Below are positions 30,297 through 40,656 of a stretch of 64,000 nucleotides of DNA, piece after piece (within the stretch, counting starts at the first letter, position 1; every line of letters begins with the position of its first letter). A program made the position numbers and the translations under genes. Source of the DNA: Candidatus Latescibacterota bacterium (GTDB lineage Bacteria; Latescibacterota; UBA2968); contig OZ242311.1 in assembly GCA_965207885.1 (NCBI GenBank), forward strand, positions 5,600,001 through 5,664,000, given 5' to 3'. The notes under the pieces were generated by a model. The model was not told where the DNA came from. It searched no databases and saw nothing but the letters and a program-made list of their open reading frames with translations.

Positions 30297-31238
30297 CTAA
30301 AGCCCTGCGGCGAAAAATTCTTCGAACACCTCATCGGAAACCGTTGCACACGCCGCGCGCACATTGGCTTCGAGTTGCGCCTTATTCAGACTACCGAGCG
30401 GATTGCCGTGGATGCGGGTCTCACGAATACAGAATTGCAAAGTCAGCTCGAGCAAGTCGTACCCGCGATCTTCGCACCACAGGCGCATATTCTCAGCGCG
30501 CTCGTGATCTTCTCGCCAGCGATCGCGGGGCAAAAAATTTTCCACTGGCACACCCGTGAGATAACCGCGCATAATCGACCAGCCATTCATCACGCCCAGA
30601 TCGCGCGCCGCCGCAGCGGGCAAAATATCTTCGCTAATGGTCTGCCGCAAAAGATTGTGATCCCCAAAACACAGAAAACAATCCGTGCGCCCCGATTCGA
30701 TCTGCGCCAGGTGAAAATCGTGGGGCCGCATCCCGTATCCAATAAAATTGACCCACCCCCGTTCCCGCGCCTTTTCCAATCCCTCGAGCGTACCCCCCGA
30801 AACCAGCGTAGCCTCGATACTCCACGGATCGTGAATAAAAAGCACATCGAAGTGATCAATCCCCAGAATCTCGAGCTGGTCTTCTATATCGGCAAGCGCG
30901 TGCTCCGTTGAGTAATCCGGGTCTCCATCTCCATAGCCCCCCCACTTCGCGGCACTATGGCAACAAACGCGCCCGCTAATAATGATTTCATCGCGCTCGA
31001 CAACGCCCTGCTTAATCGCAAGACCGAGCTTTCGAAGCGAATCGCCATAACACCGCGCACAATCGAAGTGATTAACCCCAATATCCACCGCAAACCGAAT
31101 GAGATCTGCGGCTTCATCATCGGTAACAGAGCCAAAATTGTTGCCAAACCCCTGCGTACCAAAGGGAATAACGGGAATAGAAAGTTCTGTTTTGCCCCAG
31201 CGACGACGCGGGACTTGAAGAGTGGCTTTTTCAATCAT
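30297..31238 (-). CDS. Aldo/keto reductase
   Basis: 'RRRWGKTEL', 'GVNHFDCARCYG', 'DVLFIHDP'. Confidence 0.8.
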   Translation of the reverse strand: MIEKATLQVPRRRWGKTELSIPVIPFGTQGFGNNFGSVTDDEAADLIRFAVDIGVNHFDCARCYGDSLRKLGLAIKQGVVERDEIIISGRVCCHSAAKWGGYGDGDPDYSTEHALADIEDQLEILGIDHFDVLFIHDPWSIEATLVSGGTLEGLEKARERGWVNFIGYGMRPHDFHLAQIESGRTDCFLCFGDHNLLRQTISEDILPAAAARDLGVMNGWSIMRGYLTGVPVENFLPRDRWREDHERAENMRLWCEDRGYDLLELTLQFCIRETRIHGNPLGSLNKAQLEANVRAACATVSDEVFEEFFAAGL

Positions 31239-31618
31239 GTCAAAGGATCTCCATCATCCAGTGCATATTCCTTCAGCGTGTCCAAATCGACAAACTCAAG
31301 CGTGGAAATATGCGTCCCCGAAAGATAAACGGGAGGAGCAAAACCCGCATTGAGAGCTTCAACCCAGCGCTGAACACACAAACACCAGCGGTCGCCCGGC
31401 ACAAGGCCGGGAAAGCGCAATTCGGGCACAGGCGTACTCAAATCATTGCCCGCAGACTGGGAAAAAGCCAAAAACTCTTCCGTCATCTCAGCACATAGAA
31501 TATGCAATCCCAAATCACCCGGACCCGTGCGACAACATCCATCTCTAAAAAAACCCGTCATAGGATCGGTACAACAATCATCGAGTTCTTCGCCCAAAAC
31601 ATTTTTCCCGCGGTTCAT
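31235..31618 (-). CDS. DUF2237 family protein
   Basis: 'NVLGE.L..C..DP.TGFFRDGCC', 'GNDLSTP', 'PGDRWCLC..RW'. Confidence 0.9.
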   Translation of the reverse strand: MNRGKNVLGEELDDCCTDPMTGFFRDGCCRTGPGDLGLHILCAEMTEEFLAFSQSAGNDLSTPVPELRFPGLVPGDRWCLCVQRWVEALNAGFAPPVYLSGTHISTLEFVDLDTLKEYALDDGDPLT

Positions 31619-31688
31619 TTTCACTCCAAGGGTTAAGCGAATCAACGAATCTGCGAATCAACGAACCCCGCCCATCCTCCCAAAACCT

Positions 31689-31720
31689 CTGGATTGCGGC
31701 TTTAAGCATACCGCAATGAC
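31689..31720. repeat. CTGGAT-hairpin-ATGAC repeat, copy 2
   Basis: ctggattgcggctttaagcataccgcaatgac. Confidence 0.8.
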
Positions 31721-31771
31721 GGCTTTCATATACATTACCTGTTTCATTGATTCGTCTATTCGTCCTTCAGA

Positions 31772-33112
31772 TTAATTTGTATATGGCACAGTACCGCTCT
31801 CATTCACCGTATATCCCCATTGTCGAATATAGTCCGCCCCAGGCAGAAATTCATCGCCCCCCTCATCGAGGCGGCGCTGGAGATAGGCATCCAACTCGTT
31901 GCGCAAATCCGCGCATTCGGGATCATCAACGAGATTGTTCAACTGAAAGGGATCGGCATCGTTATCATAGAGCAACCACGGCCCATCAAGCGAGCGAACA
32001 TACGTGTATTGCCCGGTCCGCAAGCCGCGATACTCACGCGCGCCCCTATCGCGCGTCCATTGTCCAAAGGGCTGCGGACATTGTAAAAGCGCGGCACCAT
32101 CAGATGGATTCTCACCTCCCATAAGATAATCCGAAAAATCTAGCCCCTCAACCGTATCGGGAACATCAATCTCGCAAAGCCCCAAAAGCGTAGGCATAAT
32201 ATCGGGAATATCAATAGGATCAGAAATCTCGCGACCCTCCGATCCAAATTGCGCCGGCCATCGCAACAAAAACGGAATGCGAATAGACTCCTCCCAGGGC
32301 TGTTGCTTTTTCGCACTCCCTTGTGAACCGAGCATATCGCCGTGATCCGAAAAAAAGAGCAAAAGCGTATCGTCGGCTATACCCTTATCATCAAGTGTCT
32401 GGAGCAAATCGCCCATACAATCGTCCAGCGCAGTACAATGGGCGTAGTATCCCGCAATCCATTCTCGGGCATTTGCTTCGGATTCTGGCGGCACATTCTC
32501 GCGCAAAGGCACATCCTCGGGGCGATACATCGCGCGGTATTTTTCCGGCGCAGTCTCGTAAGGCGCGTGCGGTGGACCCCATGAAAGCACCAGCAAAAAG
32601 GGATTCTCCGAATCGCGATTCTGGATGTACTCTTGCACATCGCGCGTCTGTGCAATCGCGTCGTATCCCTCCCATGTGAGCTTCTCGTCGGAATCATTGG
32701 CATAATAAAAAGAATTATTGTAATTGTGCGTACACTCCAGCACCTTCCAATAATCAAACCCCTGCCGATTTTCGGGCGGAATATAATTGGATCGCCCATT
32801 TGCATTCACATGCCATTTGCCCACATAAGCGGTATCGTATCCCGCATTCTTAAAAGCCTGTGCCAGACTAACAGCCCTATCGCTCAAATGCACATCATTG
32901 ACAAAAACGCCATGCGTCAGCGGATATTGCCCCGTCAGCAAAGACGCCCGCGCCGGGCAACAAACCGAACACCCCGAAACCGCGTGCGTCGCATTAATAC
33001 TTTGAGACGCGAGACGATCGATATTCGGCGTCTGCACACAGGTATTGCCGGCATAACCAAACGACTGAGCGCGCCACTGATCGCCAAAAATGAGAATGAC
33101 ATTACTGGCCAT
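31772..33112 (-). CDS. Sulfatase (Cys-type, formylglycine-dependent)
   Basis: 'CCPARASLLTG' (CxPxR), 'GKWH', 'PPHAPY', 'SDHG'. Confidence 0.92.
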   Translation of the reverse strand: MASNVILIFGDQWRAQSFGYAGNTCVQTPNIDRLASQSINATHAVSGCSVCCPARASLLTGQYPLTHGVFVNDVHLSDRAVSLAQAFKNAGYDTAYVGKWHVNANGRSNYIPPENRQGFDYWKVLECTHNYNNSFYYANDSDEKLTWEGYDAIAQTRDVQEYIQNRDSENPFLLVLSWGPPHAPYETAPEKYRAMYRPEDVPLRENVPPESEANAREWIAGYYAHCTALDDCMGDLLQTLDDKGIADDTLLLFFSDHGDMLGSQGSAKKQQPWEESIRIPFLLRWPAQFGSEGREISDPIDIPDIMPTLLGLCEIDVPDTVEGLDFSDYLMGGENPSDGAALLQCPQPFGQWTRDRGAREYRGLRTGQYTYVRSLDGPWLLYDNDADPFQLNNLVDDPECADLRNELDAYLQRRLDEGGDEFLPGADYIRQWGYTVNESGTVPYTN

Positions 33113-33231
33113 GACACTCCTTTACATTAAAGTGTAAATCCCGCAAAAAACCGCGACAATATTATAAACCAAAAAGGCCCTTGTCAATGTATCTGACAAG
33201 GGGCGAAGATGATGTGTTATCCACCACACCC

Positions 33232-35616
33232 TCAAAACCGCACAAACCCAACACTCACAAAAAATCCCGGCGCATCCAAACGCTTTGAAAAATCCAATCG
33301 GAATAAATTAAACAGCCCGTTAATCGACACACCCAATTCGTGGTGAAAACCGTCTGTATATTGCGGCGCGTAATCCAATAGCGTCCGATCTCCAAACCAC
33401 GTGCGCCCGTGCCCGCCGTGAACAATCAAACCAATATTGCGCTCCGCAGCCCACCGCCAGCCGACCAACTCAAACGGAATCGTGCGAAAGTTGTGTTCCC
33501 AGAACATCCCCAACACCTTCTCGCCTTCATAAGGGCGATCCACTCGCGTTCGAAATCCCCCGAATATCGAAACCCTGCTCAATAGCACCCCTAAATCCAA
33601 AATCTCAAAACGCTGCCTGGGCAGTGTCCCCGTAAACGCGCTACCGACAACGCGCACATCGAGCACATTGGGCAACAAACGTCGCTTAAACATTGTCTCG
33701 ATCCGCCAATCCAACAGCACCCGAACCTGTGTAAAATCAAAATCACTACCAAATCCCGACCGGCTGTGTTCAACCTCCAATGCGATTTTTCGTTTCCCAA
33801 AAATGAGTGCGGGTCCCGAATTTTTACCCTCGATATCCGCACGCAAAAACACAGAACGCAAATTGCCCGAATCAATCTCCGGATTGGGCCGTTGCACATC
33901 AATATTCCCACTCAAATGCCAATCCGTCGTCTTCTCCACCGAACTGTGTTGCGCAACATTAATCCCACCGCTCAACCGCACACCTGCCCTTCGCGGACGA
34001 CCAAACCGATAGCCCGCAGTGCCCCTTACACCCTCGCGCCAGAAAAAATCAAAATAATCTTCTAAACCTCTAATCTGCCGCAAACTGACCTCGTATCGGC
34101 TATACAGTCTCGACCGATGGCGCGTATCTGTTCCGCGAAATCCCTCAAGCGAAACAAAACCCCTGTTGCTCGCCCCCCAGCGCACCGTCGCCTCGCCATC
34201 AAAAGACCATCGTTTCAAACCAAAATTATACGCGCTCCCGCCAGCAAAAGCCGCTCGGCTTCGACTCGACCCCGCAGAAATTTTTGAACCCAGATGCCCA
34301 CCATCCACGCGATTGAACCATATATCGGGATCAACTCGAAACGGCAACTTGCGTTTCCTCTCACCATCCTTACTATTTTTTTCGCTTTTCTTCTTTTCCT
34401 CATCTTCCTTCACAAAACGCGCCAAAAACCCCTTTGGCTCATACGCTTTATCCAGCGTCATCGTGCTGTCAATGCGCGCATAAGCCTCTTGCTCGATATC
34501 ATCCAACGGCACGGCGAGTGCTGTTTGAACCAACAAACTATCCTGTTCCACACGCGCAGAATCCACCACTACAATGCGATCCTGTTCATAAAGCGAATCG
34601 GGCAACGCGACATTCACCTCATACCCCGTCAACCGAGAAACGCGTTGTCTCTTAAAAGGCGGAAATTGCAAACCAATCATCCCAACCTCAACATTCACAT
34701 CCGACTGATAGCCCACCGGCAAATAGTAATCACCACCGAAATTGCTAAACTGCTGTCGCATAGTAATGGTAAATTCGCGAACAGGCGGAGGAAACAAAAA
34801 CGTCCGATTTGGCGTCAATTCCACCTCTACGAGCGCGTACACACTATCGAGCACAGCCACGCGACCATTAAAAGCCGTCTTGAGGCTGTGTTTGGGTTTC
34901 ACGTCAATATCGTAAATAATGCGATCATCCATTTTGCGACGGCCTGTGAGCACAAAATCATAGTGATCCAGTGCATCGGGATGCGTAACACCGATCAAAC
35001 GATGACCGACAAGTACTGTCTCATCATCGTACAAATTCACACCTGCAGCCGCAGGCAAAGCAAAATCCAAATCCAAATTCTCTGTCTCGCGTTTATCCTT
35101 AACGACCTCCCGCCATCCCTTTTTTTTATCCCAAAAACCATCGGACAAGCTCTCGACAATCGCGACAATCGCGGTATCCTTGTGCAAAACAAACCGCGAA
35201 TAAGCCTCGACGCGAAACGTCTCCAGACTATCCCACCACGTTTGCTTCTGCGCGATGACCTTACGCATAATATTCGGACCCATATCCTCAGCCGTCACCA
35301 CGAGCGTCTCCAACTCAATCGGCACTGGCTCCAGAGCAAAATCGCGCACATCGGCTGCATCCTCCGTCACATTGTACCGCTGTGATCTGTACCCGATATA
35401 GCGCACCTCCACCACCGCGGGAACAGAACGCAAAGACAGCACATACTTGCCCTCGGTATTTGAAATCGTCCCATCATAAGCCCCCAGAACATGCACCGTC
35501 GCAGCGGGAAGCGGCTCTCCTGTTGACGCATCGGTCACAGTGCCCTGAATCACCTTGGCCTGCACCTGCGTAGCCAATAAAAGAACGGCAAAAAACCACA
35601 CCCATTGCGTTGTCAT
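33232..35616 (-). CDS. Outer-membrane beta-barrel protein with N-terminal carboxypeptidase-regulatory-like domain (DUF5686-like)
   Basis: Signal peptide; 'IQGTVTDASTGEPLPAATV...GT.SN..G.Y.L...YIGY'; C-terminal aromatic strand ending in F; start uncertain (35658 possible). Confidence 0.7.
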   Translation of the reverse strand: MTTQWVWFFAVLLLATQVQAKVIQGTVTDASTGEPLPAATVHVLGAYDGTISNTEGKYVLSLRSVPAVVEVRYIGYRSQRYNVTEDAADVRDFALEPVPIELETLVVTAEDMGPNIMRKVIAQKQTWWDSLETFRVEAYSRFVLHKDTAIVAIVESLSDGFWDKKKGWREVVKDKRETENLDLDFALPAAAGVNLYDDETVLVGHRLIGVTHPDALDHYDFVLTGRRKMDDRIIYDIDVKPKHSLKTAFNGRVAVLDSVYALVEVELTPNRTFLFPPPVREFTITMRQQFSNFGGDYYLPVGYQSDVNVEVGMIGLQFPPFKRQRVSRLTGYEVNVALPDSLYEQDRIVVVDSARVEQDSLLVQTALAVPLDDIEQEAYARIDSTMTLDKAYEPKGFLARFVKEDEEKKKSEKNSKDGERKRKLPFRVDPDIWFNRVDGGHLGSKISAGSSRSRAAFAGGSAYNFGLKRWSFDGEATVRWGASNRGFVSLEGFRGTDTRHRSRLYSRYEVSLRQIRGLEDYFDFFWREGVRGTAGYRFGRPRRAGVRLSGGINVAQHSSVEKTTDWHLSGNIDVQRPNPEIDSGNLRSVFLRADIEGKNSGPALIFGKRKIALEVEHSRSGFGSDFDFTQVRVLLDWRIETMFKRRLLPNVLDVRVVGSAFTGTLPRQRFEILDLGVLLSRVSIFGGFRTRVDRPYEGEKVLGMFWEHNFRTIPFELVGWRWAAERNIGLIVHGGHGRTWFGDRTLLDYAPQYTDGFHHELGVSINGLFNLFRLDFSKRLDAPGFFVSVGFVRF

Positions 35617-36012
35617 AGTCTGTTTTACCACTGTATAGTACCGTACTTTGCTTTGCATATATTTACATTTGGATAAACGCCTACTTATTAACTGGTGTTA
35701 TGCAAGGAACCACTACGATAGCCACCTGGCCAAGCGGCACATATCTTTCACATAACCGCCCATTCATCGCTCAAAATATACACTTTTTTCGCTAACGCTT
35801 GTCCTCCTCCACCTCCGCTTCAACGGGCAATCCACAAATTCAAGTTGTGAACAAAAGCGTAATACTGCATATTGGAAAGCATAATGAGGCGCCTGCGTTT
35901 CTTTTTAGCTCATTTGTCACTCAACTTTGTGATATTTGGCCTGATATTTGCTTGGGTTCTGACTGTTGCGTTTGTCCAAAATACGACCAACTCTTAGACC
36001 AAGGCATCTCAC

Positions 36013-36921
36013 ATGGCTGAATTTGATGCAATATCTAAACACCTCATTCAAACTTATCCCGACGATTTTGCCAGCTTCACCCTCGGACGCGAGGATGTTG
36101 AAGTTCTTGCAGTCATTGACACAGAACAACTCACTATTGAAGCACACCAAACCGATAGCCTGATTCGCGTGCGTATCGATGGCGAGGAGGCATTGGTTCA
36201 CAATGAAATTCAAACAACTGACAGCACCAATCCGCCCATGCCGCGCCGCATGGTGGGCTATATTGGACATGCTATTCGGCAACACGGCCTACCGATATAT
36301 TCCAATGTCATCTATCTACGTCCAAATGCCGGACAACGCGATCCCGGGCACTATATCCAGGAGCGTCTCGGCTACGAAATCGCGATTCGGTATCGCGTGA
36401 TCAGACTGATTGAGATAGAAGGCGAGCGCGTCCTCGAATCGGGACAATCGGGTCTGATTCCTTTCACACCGTTGATGATGCCACCTGAAAGAATGGCCCC
36501 GGAGGCGTGGTTGCATCAGTGTATTCACACGGCTCGGACGCGCGCCATCGCTCGGTCATATAGGGCGGATTATCTGGCTGGCATGGTGGCCTTGAGCGAG
36601 TTGGTGTATGCGTCTGAAACGATTTCTGGTATTATTTTTAAGGAGGGCATCATGGATCTCATTCGCGAATCATCTCTTTTTCAATCCCTTACCCAACAAA
36701 GCAGAGAGGAAAGCTTTGAGCAGGGTAGAGAGCAAGGCATTGAGCAAGGACTCCGGGAAAGTATTCTCGACGTACTGGAAATTCGTTTTGATCTCTCTGC
36801 GTCGCACCCCCTATCTGATCGCATTGCTGGCATCACTGATTTGCAACGCCTCAAGCAGTTGCACCGCACGGCGATACAGGTACCCGGTCTGGAGGCATTT
36901 CAGCGCGTGTTAGATGCGTGA
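36013..36921 (+). CDS. Rpn/YhgA-like PD-(D/E)XK nuclease-fold protein
   Basis: 'D...K.L...P..F', 'DSL', 'HNEIQT', 'MPRRM..Y', C-terminal 'EQGREQGIEQG' repeats. Confidence 0.7.
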   Translation: MAEFDAISKHLIQTYPDDFASFTLGREDVEVLAVIDTEQLTIEAHQTDSLIRVRIDGEEALVHNEIQTTDSTNPPMPRRMVGYIGHAIRQHGLPIYSNVIYLRPNAGQRDPGHYIQERLGYEIAIRYRVIRLIEIEGERVLESGQSGLIPFTPLMMPPERMAPEAWLHQCIHTARTRAIARSYRADYLAGMVALSELVYASETISGIIFKEGIMDLIRESSLFQSLTQQSREESFEQGREQGIEQGLRESILDVLEIRFDLSASHPLSDRIAGITDLQRLKQLHRTAIQVPGLEAFQRVLDA

Positions 36922-36965
36922 CGTGATTTCCATAAGCATGACGAGATATTGGGGAGAGTAAATAT

Positions 36966-37220
36966 ATGGCTCTGCAATCGGATCATTCCACAGAAAAATT
37001 GCTGGAACGCATTACCATAAATCCTGAAATTTGTCATGGCAAACCATGCATACGGGGATTGCGGTATCCAGTTGAGATGATTTTGACGCTCTTAAGTGGA
37101 GATATGTCTGTTGAAGATATTCTGGACGATTATGAAGATCTGGAAAAAGAGGATGTTCTGACAGCACTCGCTTTTGGGAAGAAAAGCCCGAGTAGTTCAT
37201 CCACTACACTATTTGAGTAA
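36966..37220 (+). CDS. DUF433 domain protein (antitoxin-like)
   Basis: 'RITINPEICHGKPCIRGLRYPV..IL..L..', 'ILDDY.DL...DV..AL'. Confidence 0.85.
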   Translation: MALQSDHSTEKLLERITINPEICHGKPCIRGLRYPVEMILTLLSGDMSVEDILDDYEDLEKEDVLTALAFGKKSPSSSSTTLFE

Positions 37221-38786
37221 TTGTATTGCCATCTCTATAACCGGATCTCTCTCCATAACACTATCTGAAGGTGAGACCGCAACGTGAATATCTGGAGGAA
37301 CACCAATGTCTTCATACAGGACATAATCAGCCGAAGACCACTTTCCAGTGGGGATTCTATATTCCCAACCATTGGGCAGTTTCTTGCGGATCGGACTTCC
37401 AAGTGCCCCAAATGTCGTGTCTCCTACTGTCCTGATATAGGGAAATTGTTTCATCGCCATCACAAAATATTCCCCTGAACTCACTACTTTTCTATCTGTG
37501 AGTACAATAATGGGCTTAATAAATTGTTTGTCTCCTGCAGGCTCGACATATTTTTTCCAAATAAAGCCAAAATCTGAATGGCGAGGCCCATTGCGCCATT
37601 GCAGAAGAGCGGATACCCTCTTTTGATCTGCAAAGCGTCCCACTATCTTATCAGCATTGTCGCTATTTCCTCCCCCGTTCCCTCTTACATCCACAATTAA
37701 ACCCTTGTGATCAAAAAATTCGTTCACAATGGGATCTATCGCCTCTACCCAAGCGCGGCCATTCTTGCTGCCAAAAGACGCGATGTGTAAATAGCCTATC
37801 GCATCAAAAATTTGACCAGAAGTAAAAAGACCGTTCCCTGTGGTTTGAAATCCAGCGTTCAAGTATTTACTCTTCACAAAATCCAAATTTAGAGTTCCTT
37901 CGGGTTGTCTATTTGCAGATTTGGAATACTTGAACGGCGCGATTAGATTAACGTGACCATCGTCTAAATGAGTTAGCATTGAAGATAAAATATCAAAAAG
38001 CGCAGAATTATCTGTCTGATCGGTGACCTGTGGCGCATAGATGTCATACAAAGCTTGCCAATTGACATTTTTGGACTCAAAGAAAACATAATAGCGGTTA
38101 AAGTCATCCCACAAAATTTGGAAATTTTTCTCAGGAGCGTCTGTCTTGCTCATTTGGCTAAGGAATGCCTGAGCCCGGGAATCTCCTTGCTCGGCTGCCT
38201 TTTGAAGCCACCTCATGGCCTCCCCATCATCTTGATCTACACCATTACCTTTGGAATACATACCGACAAGGGCAAGCTGAGCACTGATATAGCCCTGTTC
38301 CGCAGCCTTGCGAATCAACTTTAAGCCCTCTATATCGTCCTGATCCACGCCTTCGCCTCTGTAATACATCAAGCCAAGATTGTACCGTGCTTTGGCATCT
38401 CCTTGCTCTGTAGCCATACGAAGCCACTTTTCAGCCTTCGCATAGTTTTTCGCCACGCTCAACCCGAGACGAAACATCATGCCAAGGCGTAATTGTGCTT
38501 TGACATCTCCCTGTTCGGCAGCTTTGCGAAGCCACTTCACGGCCTCCTCGCCGTCTTGATCTACGCCCTGGCCTTTGTAATACATATAGCCGATGAAATA
38601 CTGTGCTCCGGCATGGCCTTGCTCAGCGAGCGGTCGCAATTCTTTGAGTGCCGTCTCATAGTCACCCCGGTTATATGCTTTTCTACCATCCTGATAATCC
38701 CCCCACGCCGATGGCGCAATGAGCAGACATAGTAATAGAATGAAAGTCAAGCATCGGAGTTCAATTCTCCGTCTATTCTCAGTCAT
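37209..38786 (-). CDS. Secreted Sel1-like repeat / S41 peptidase fusion
   Basis: Signal peptide; 4-5 Sel1 repeats ('AEQG...AQ..LG.MY..G.GV.QD...A..W'); S41 motifs 'L.DGHV', 'DVRGNGGG', catalytic 'SSGE', 'G..T.G', 'GV.PDI'. Confidence 0.85.
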   Translation of the reverse strand: MTENRRRIELRCLTFILLLCLLIAPSAWGDYQDGRKAYNRGDYETALKELRPLAEQGHAGAQYFIGYMYYKGQGVDQDGEEAVKWLRKAAEQGDVKAQLRLGMMFRLGLSVAKNYAKAEKWLRMATEQGDAKARYNLGLMYYRGEGVDQDDIEGLKLIRKAAEQGYISAQLALVGMYSKGNGVDQDDGEAMRWLQKAAEQGDSRAQAFLSQMSKTDAPEKNFQILWDDFNRYYVFFESKNVNWQALYDIYAPQVTDQTDNSALFDILSSMLTHLDDGHVNLIAPFKYSKSANRQPEGTLNLDFVKSKYLNAGFQTTGNGLFTSGQIFDAIGYLHIASFGSKNGRAWVEAIDPIVNEFFDHKGLIVDVRGNGGGNSDNADKIVGRFADQKRVSALLQWRNGPRHSDFGFIWKKYVEPAGDKQFIKPIIVLTDRKVVSSGEYFVMAMKQFPYIRTVGDTTFGALGSPIRKKLPNGWEYRIPTGKWSSADYVLYEDIGVPPDIHVAVSPSDSVMERDPVIEMAIQLLK

Positions 38787-38854
38787 CGCAGAACTCCTCT
38801 GTTTTGAGTCTGGAATTTTGGCAGATTCCCGATGGTAGTTGCACAATTCGGACT

Positions 38855-39598
38855 TTATATTTCCGCGCGTTTTTCATATACAACAAGCCCTATAATCATA
38901 AAGACGATACCCACCAGAATAGTATAGACAAAAGATGACAATTCTATTGGTCCAATAGTTGGAGATATTGAAATTTGCCCCAAAAAGTCTAACGCCATCG
39001 TCATTTGCTGAAAAAATCCGATGTATAAAAACACGGCAACAAGAAAAAAAACGACCGCAGTCAATCCCCGATACCGCTTAACCAAATACTTCGCTCCCTC
39101 CATCCCGATAACAAGACCGAATATGAAAACCATGTATGTCGCCAGTCCCAAACCACCGCAAAAAACAAGAACCAAAAATAATGTACCCTCCATGCCCTCA
39201 AATGATAAAATCTGACCCGGCAGGATGGCCAACATCAATAAATACACGCTTCCAATAATAATCCCGTTACCTACAAAGCCAACGCTTGCAACCGCAGCGA
39301 CCTTTGCCAGAATCACTTTGGATCGCGAAACCGGAAGAGCAGACATTTGATAGTGCGTTTCTGATTTCCACTCAGCGTTGAAGGTGTATGCCAACAAAAA
39401 GGGCAGACCGAAAATCAAAAGAAAAATAGCTGCAGTCATCCAAATAAACACCTGCTTAAATGCCTCTTCAAAATACAAAACACCTTCTATGCGGATAAGC
39501 CCATAAGCATTCAACCCCGCGATCAAAAGCAGCACAAATAAAAAAAGAAGGTTATTTGCTTTAAGTTCCTTCACATACAGTGCAAAAAATGATTTCAT
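38855..39598 (-). CDS. ABC-2-type permease, paralog 3
   Basis: 6 TM helices; 'EWKSETHYQM.ALPVS', 'KVAAV'; highly similar to 39649-40395 and 41756-42511. Confidence 0.75.
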   Translation of the reverse strand: MKSFFALYVKELKANNLLFLFVLLLIAGLNAYGLIRIEGVLYFEEAFKQVFIWMTAAIFLLIFGLPFLLAYTFNAEWKSETHYQMSALPVSRSKVILAKVAAVASVGFVGNGIIIGSVYLLMLAILPGQILSFEGMEGTLFLVLVFCGGLGLATYMVFIFGLVIGMEGAKYLVKRYRGLTAVVFFLVAVFLYIGFFQQMTMALDFLGQISISPTIGPIELSSFVYTILVGIVFMIIGLVVYEKRAEI

Positions 39599-39648
39599 AT
39601 CGCGTTTCCGGGTAAAGAGTATTCGAACGTCATGGCATAATTCAGAAT

Positions 39649-40395
39649 TTATATTTCCGCGCGTTTTTCATACATCACAAGCCCAATAATCATAAAGATG
39701 ATACCCGCAAGAATGGTATAGACAAACGGCGCCCACGCTATTTGTCCAGAAGGCGTAGGAAGGATTGAGATCTGCCCTAAAAAGTCCAACGCCATCTTTC
39801 CTTGCTGGAAAAATCGGATGTATAAAAACACGGCAAGTGCAAAAAAAGCGACCGCAGTCAATCCCCGATACCGCTTCACCGAAAACTTTATCCCTTCCAT
39901 TCCGGTCACAAGGCCGAGGATGAAAACCATATATGTCACAAGTCCTAAACCACACATAAAAACAAAATCCCAAAATAAGGTAACCTCCATCCCATCAAAT
40001 GATAGAATTTGACCTGGCAGGTTGGCCAAAATCAGTAAATACAGGCTTCCTATAACAATCCCACCACCCACAAAACCAATACTCGCAACCACAGCGACCT
40101 TTGCCAGAATCACCGTGTATTGTGATACCGGCAACGCAAACATCTGATAATGCGTTTCTGATTTCCACTCAGAATTGAAGGCATGCGCCAACAAAAAGGG
40201 CAGACTGAGAAGAACGAGAAAAATTGCTATCGTCGTCCAAATAAATATCTGTTTGAATGCCTCTTCGAAATCCAAACCATCTTCTATTCGGATAAGGCCA
40301 TAAGCATTCAACCCCGCGATCAAAAGCAGCAAGAATAGAAAAAGAGTTTTATTCGCTTTGAGTTCCTTCACGTATAATGCAAAAAATGGTTTCAT
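39649..40395 (-). CDS. ABC-2-type permease, paralog 2
   Basis: Same motifs as the other two paralogs; identical 'YEKRAEI' C-terminus. Confidence 0.75.
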   Translation of the reverse strand: MKPFFALYVKELKANKTLFLFLLLLIAGLNAYGLIRIEDGLDFEEAFKQIFIWTTIAIFLVLLSLPFLLAHAFNSEWKSETHYQMFALPVSQYTVILAKVAVVASIGFVGGGIVIGSLYLLILANLPGQILSFDGMEVTLFWDFVFMCGLGLVTYMVFILGLVTGMEGIKFSVKRYRGLTAVAFFALAVFLYIRFFQQGKMALDFLGQISILPTPSGQIAWAPFVYTILAGIIFMIIGLVMYEKRAEI

Positions 40396-40463
40396 GTCAC
40401 GATTCCAGGTAAAGGTGGAAAATGATGTTGCATCCCGAAGACGGGCGGACGGCTAAAAACCTT

Positions 40464-40656
40464 CTGGATCGCGGCTCAAGCATGCCCCTGCACGTTTTAA
40501 GCAGGGGACATGCCGCGATGACAAAGCCTGCCCCTGCATGTTCTAACCAGGGGGACCGTCCCCTACAACAGGATAGTACCAAACCCTACATTACCGGGCG
40601 GGCACGGAGGCGTCGCCCCTACATTGATGTAGGGACGTAGAGACACCGCCCTCCTA
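40464..40656. repeat. Composite repeat cluster: nested CTGGAT..ATGAC element, CCCCTGC..GCAGGGG hairpins and GTAG-type REP-like units
   Basis: ctggatcgcggc[...cccctgcacgttttaagcagggg...]gccgcgatgac; gggcgggcacggaggcgtcgcccctac; several CCCTAC/GTAGGG ends. Confidence 0.75.

Noticed and set aside
34294-35385. 363-aa plus-strand ORF, and similar overlapping ORFs such as 52978-54009, 5848-6621 and 40786-41550
   Set aside because: Antisense or alternative-frame shadows of well-supported genes; R/H/P-rich low-information composition.
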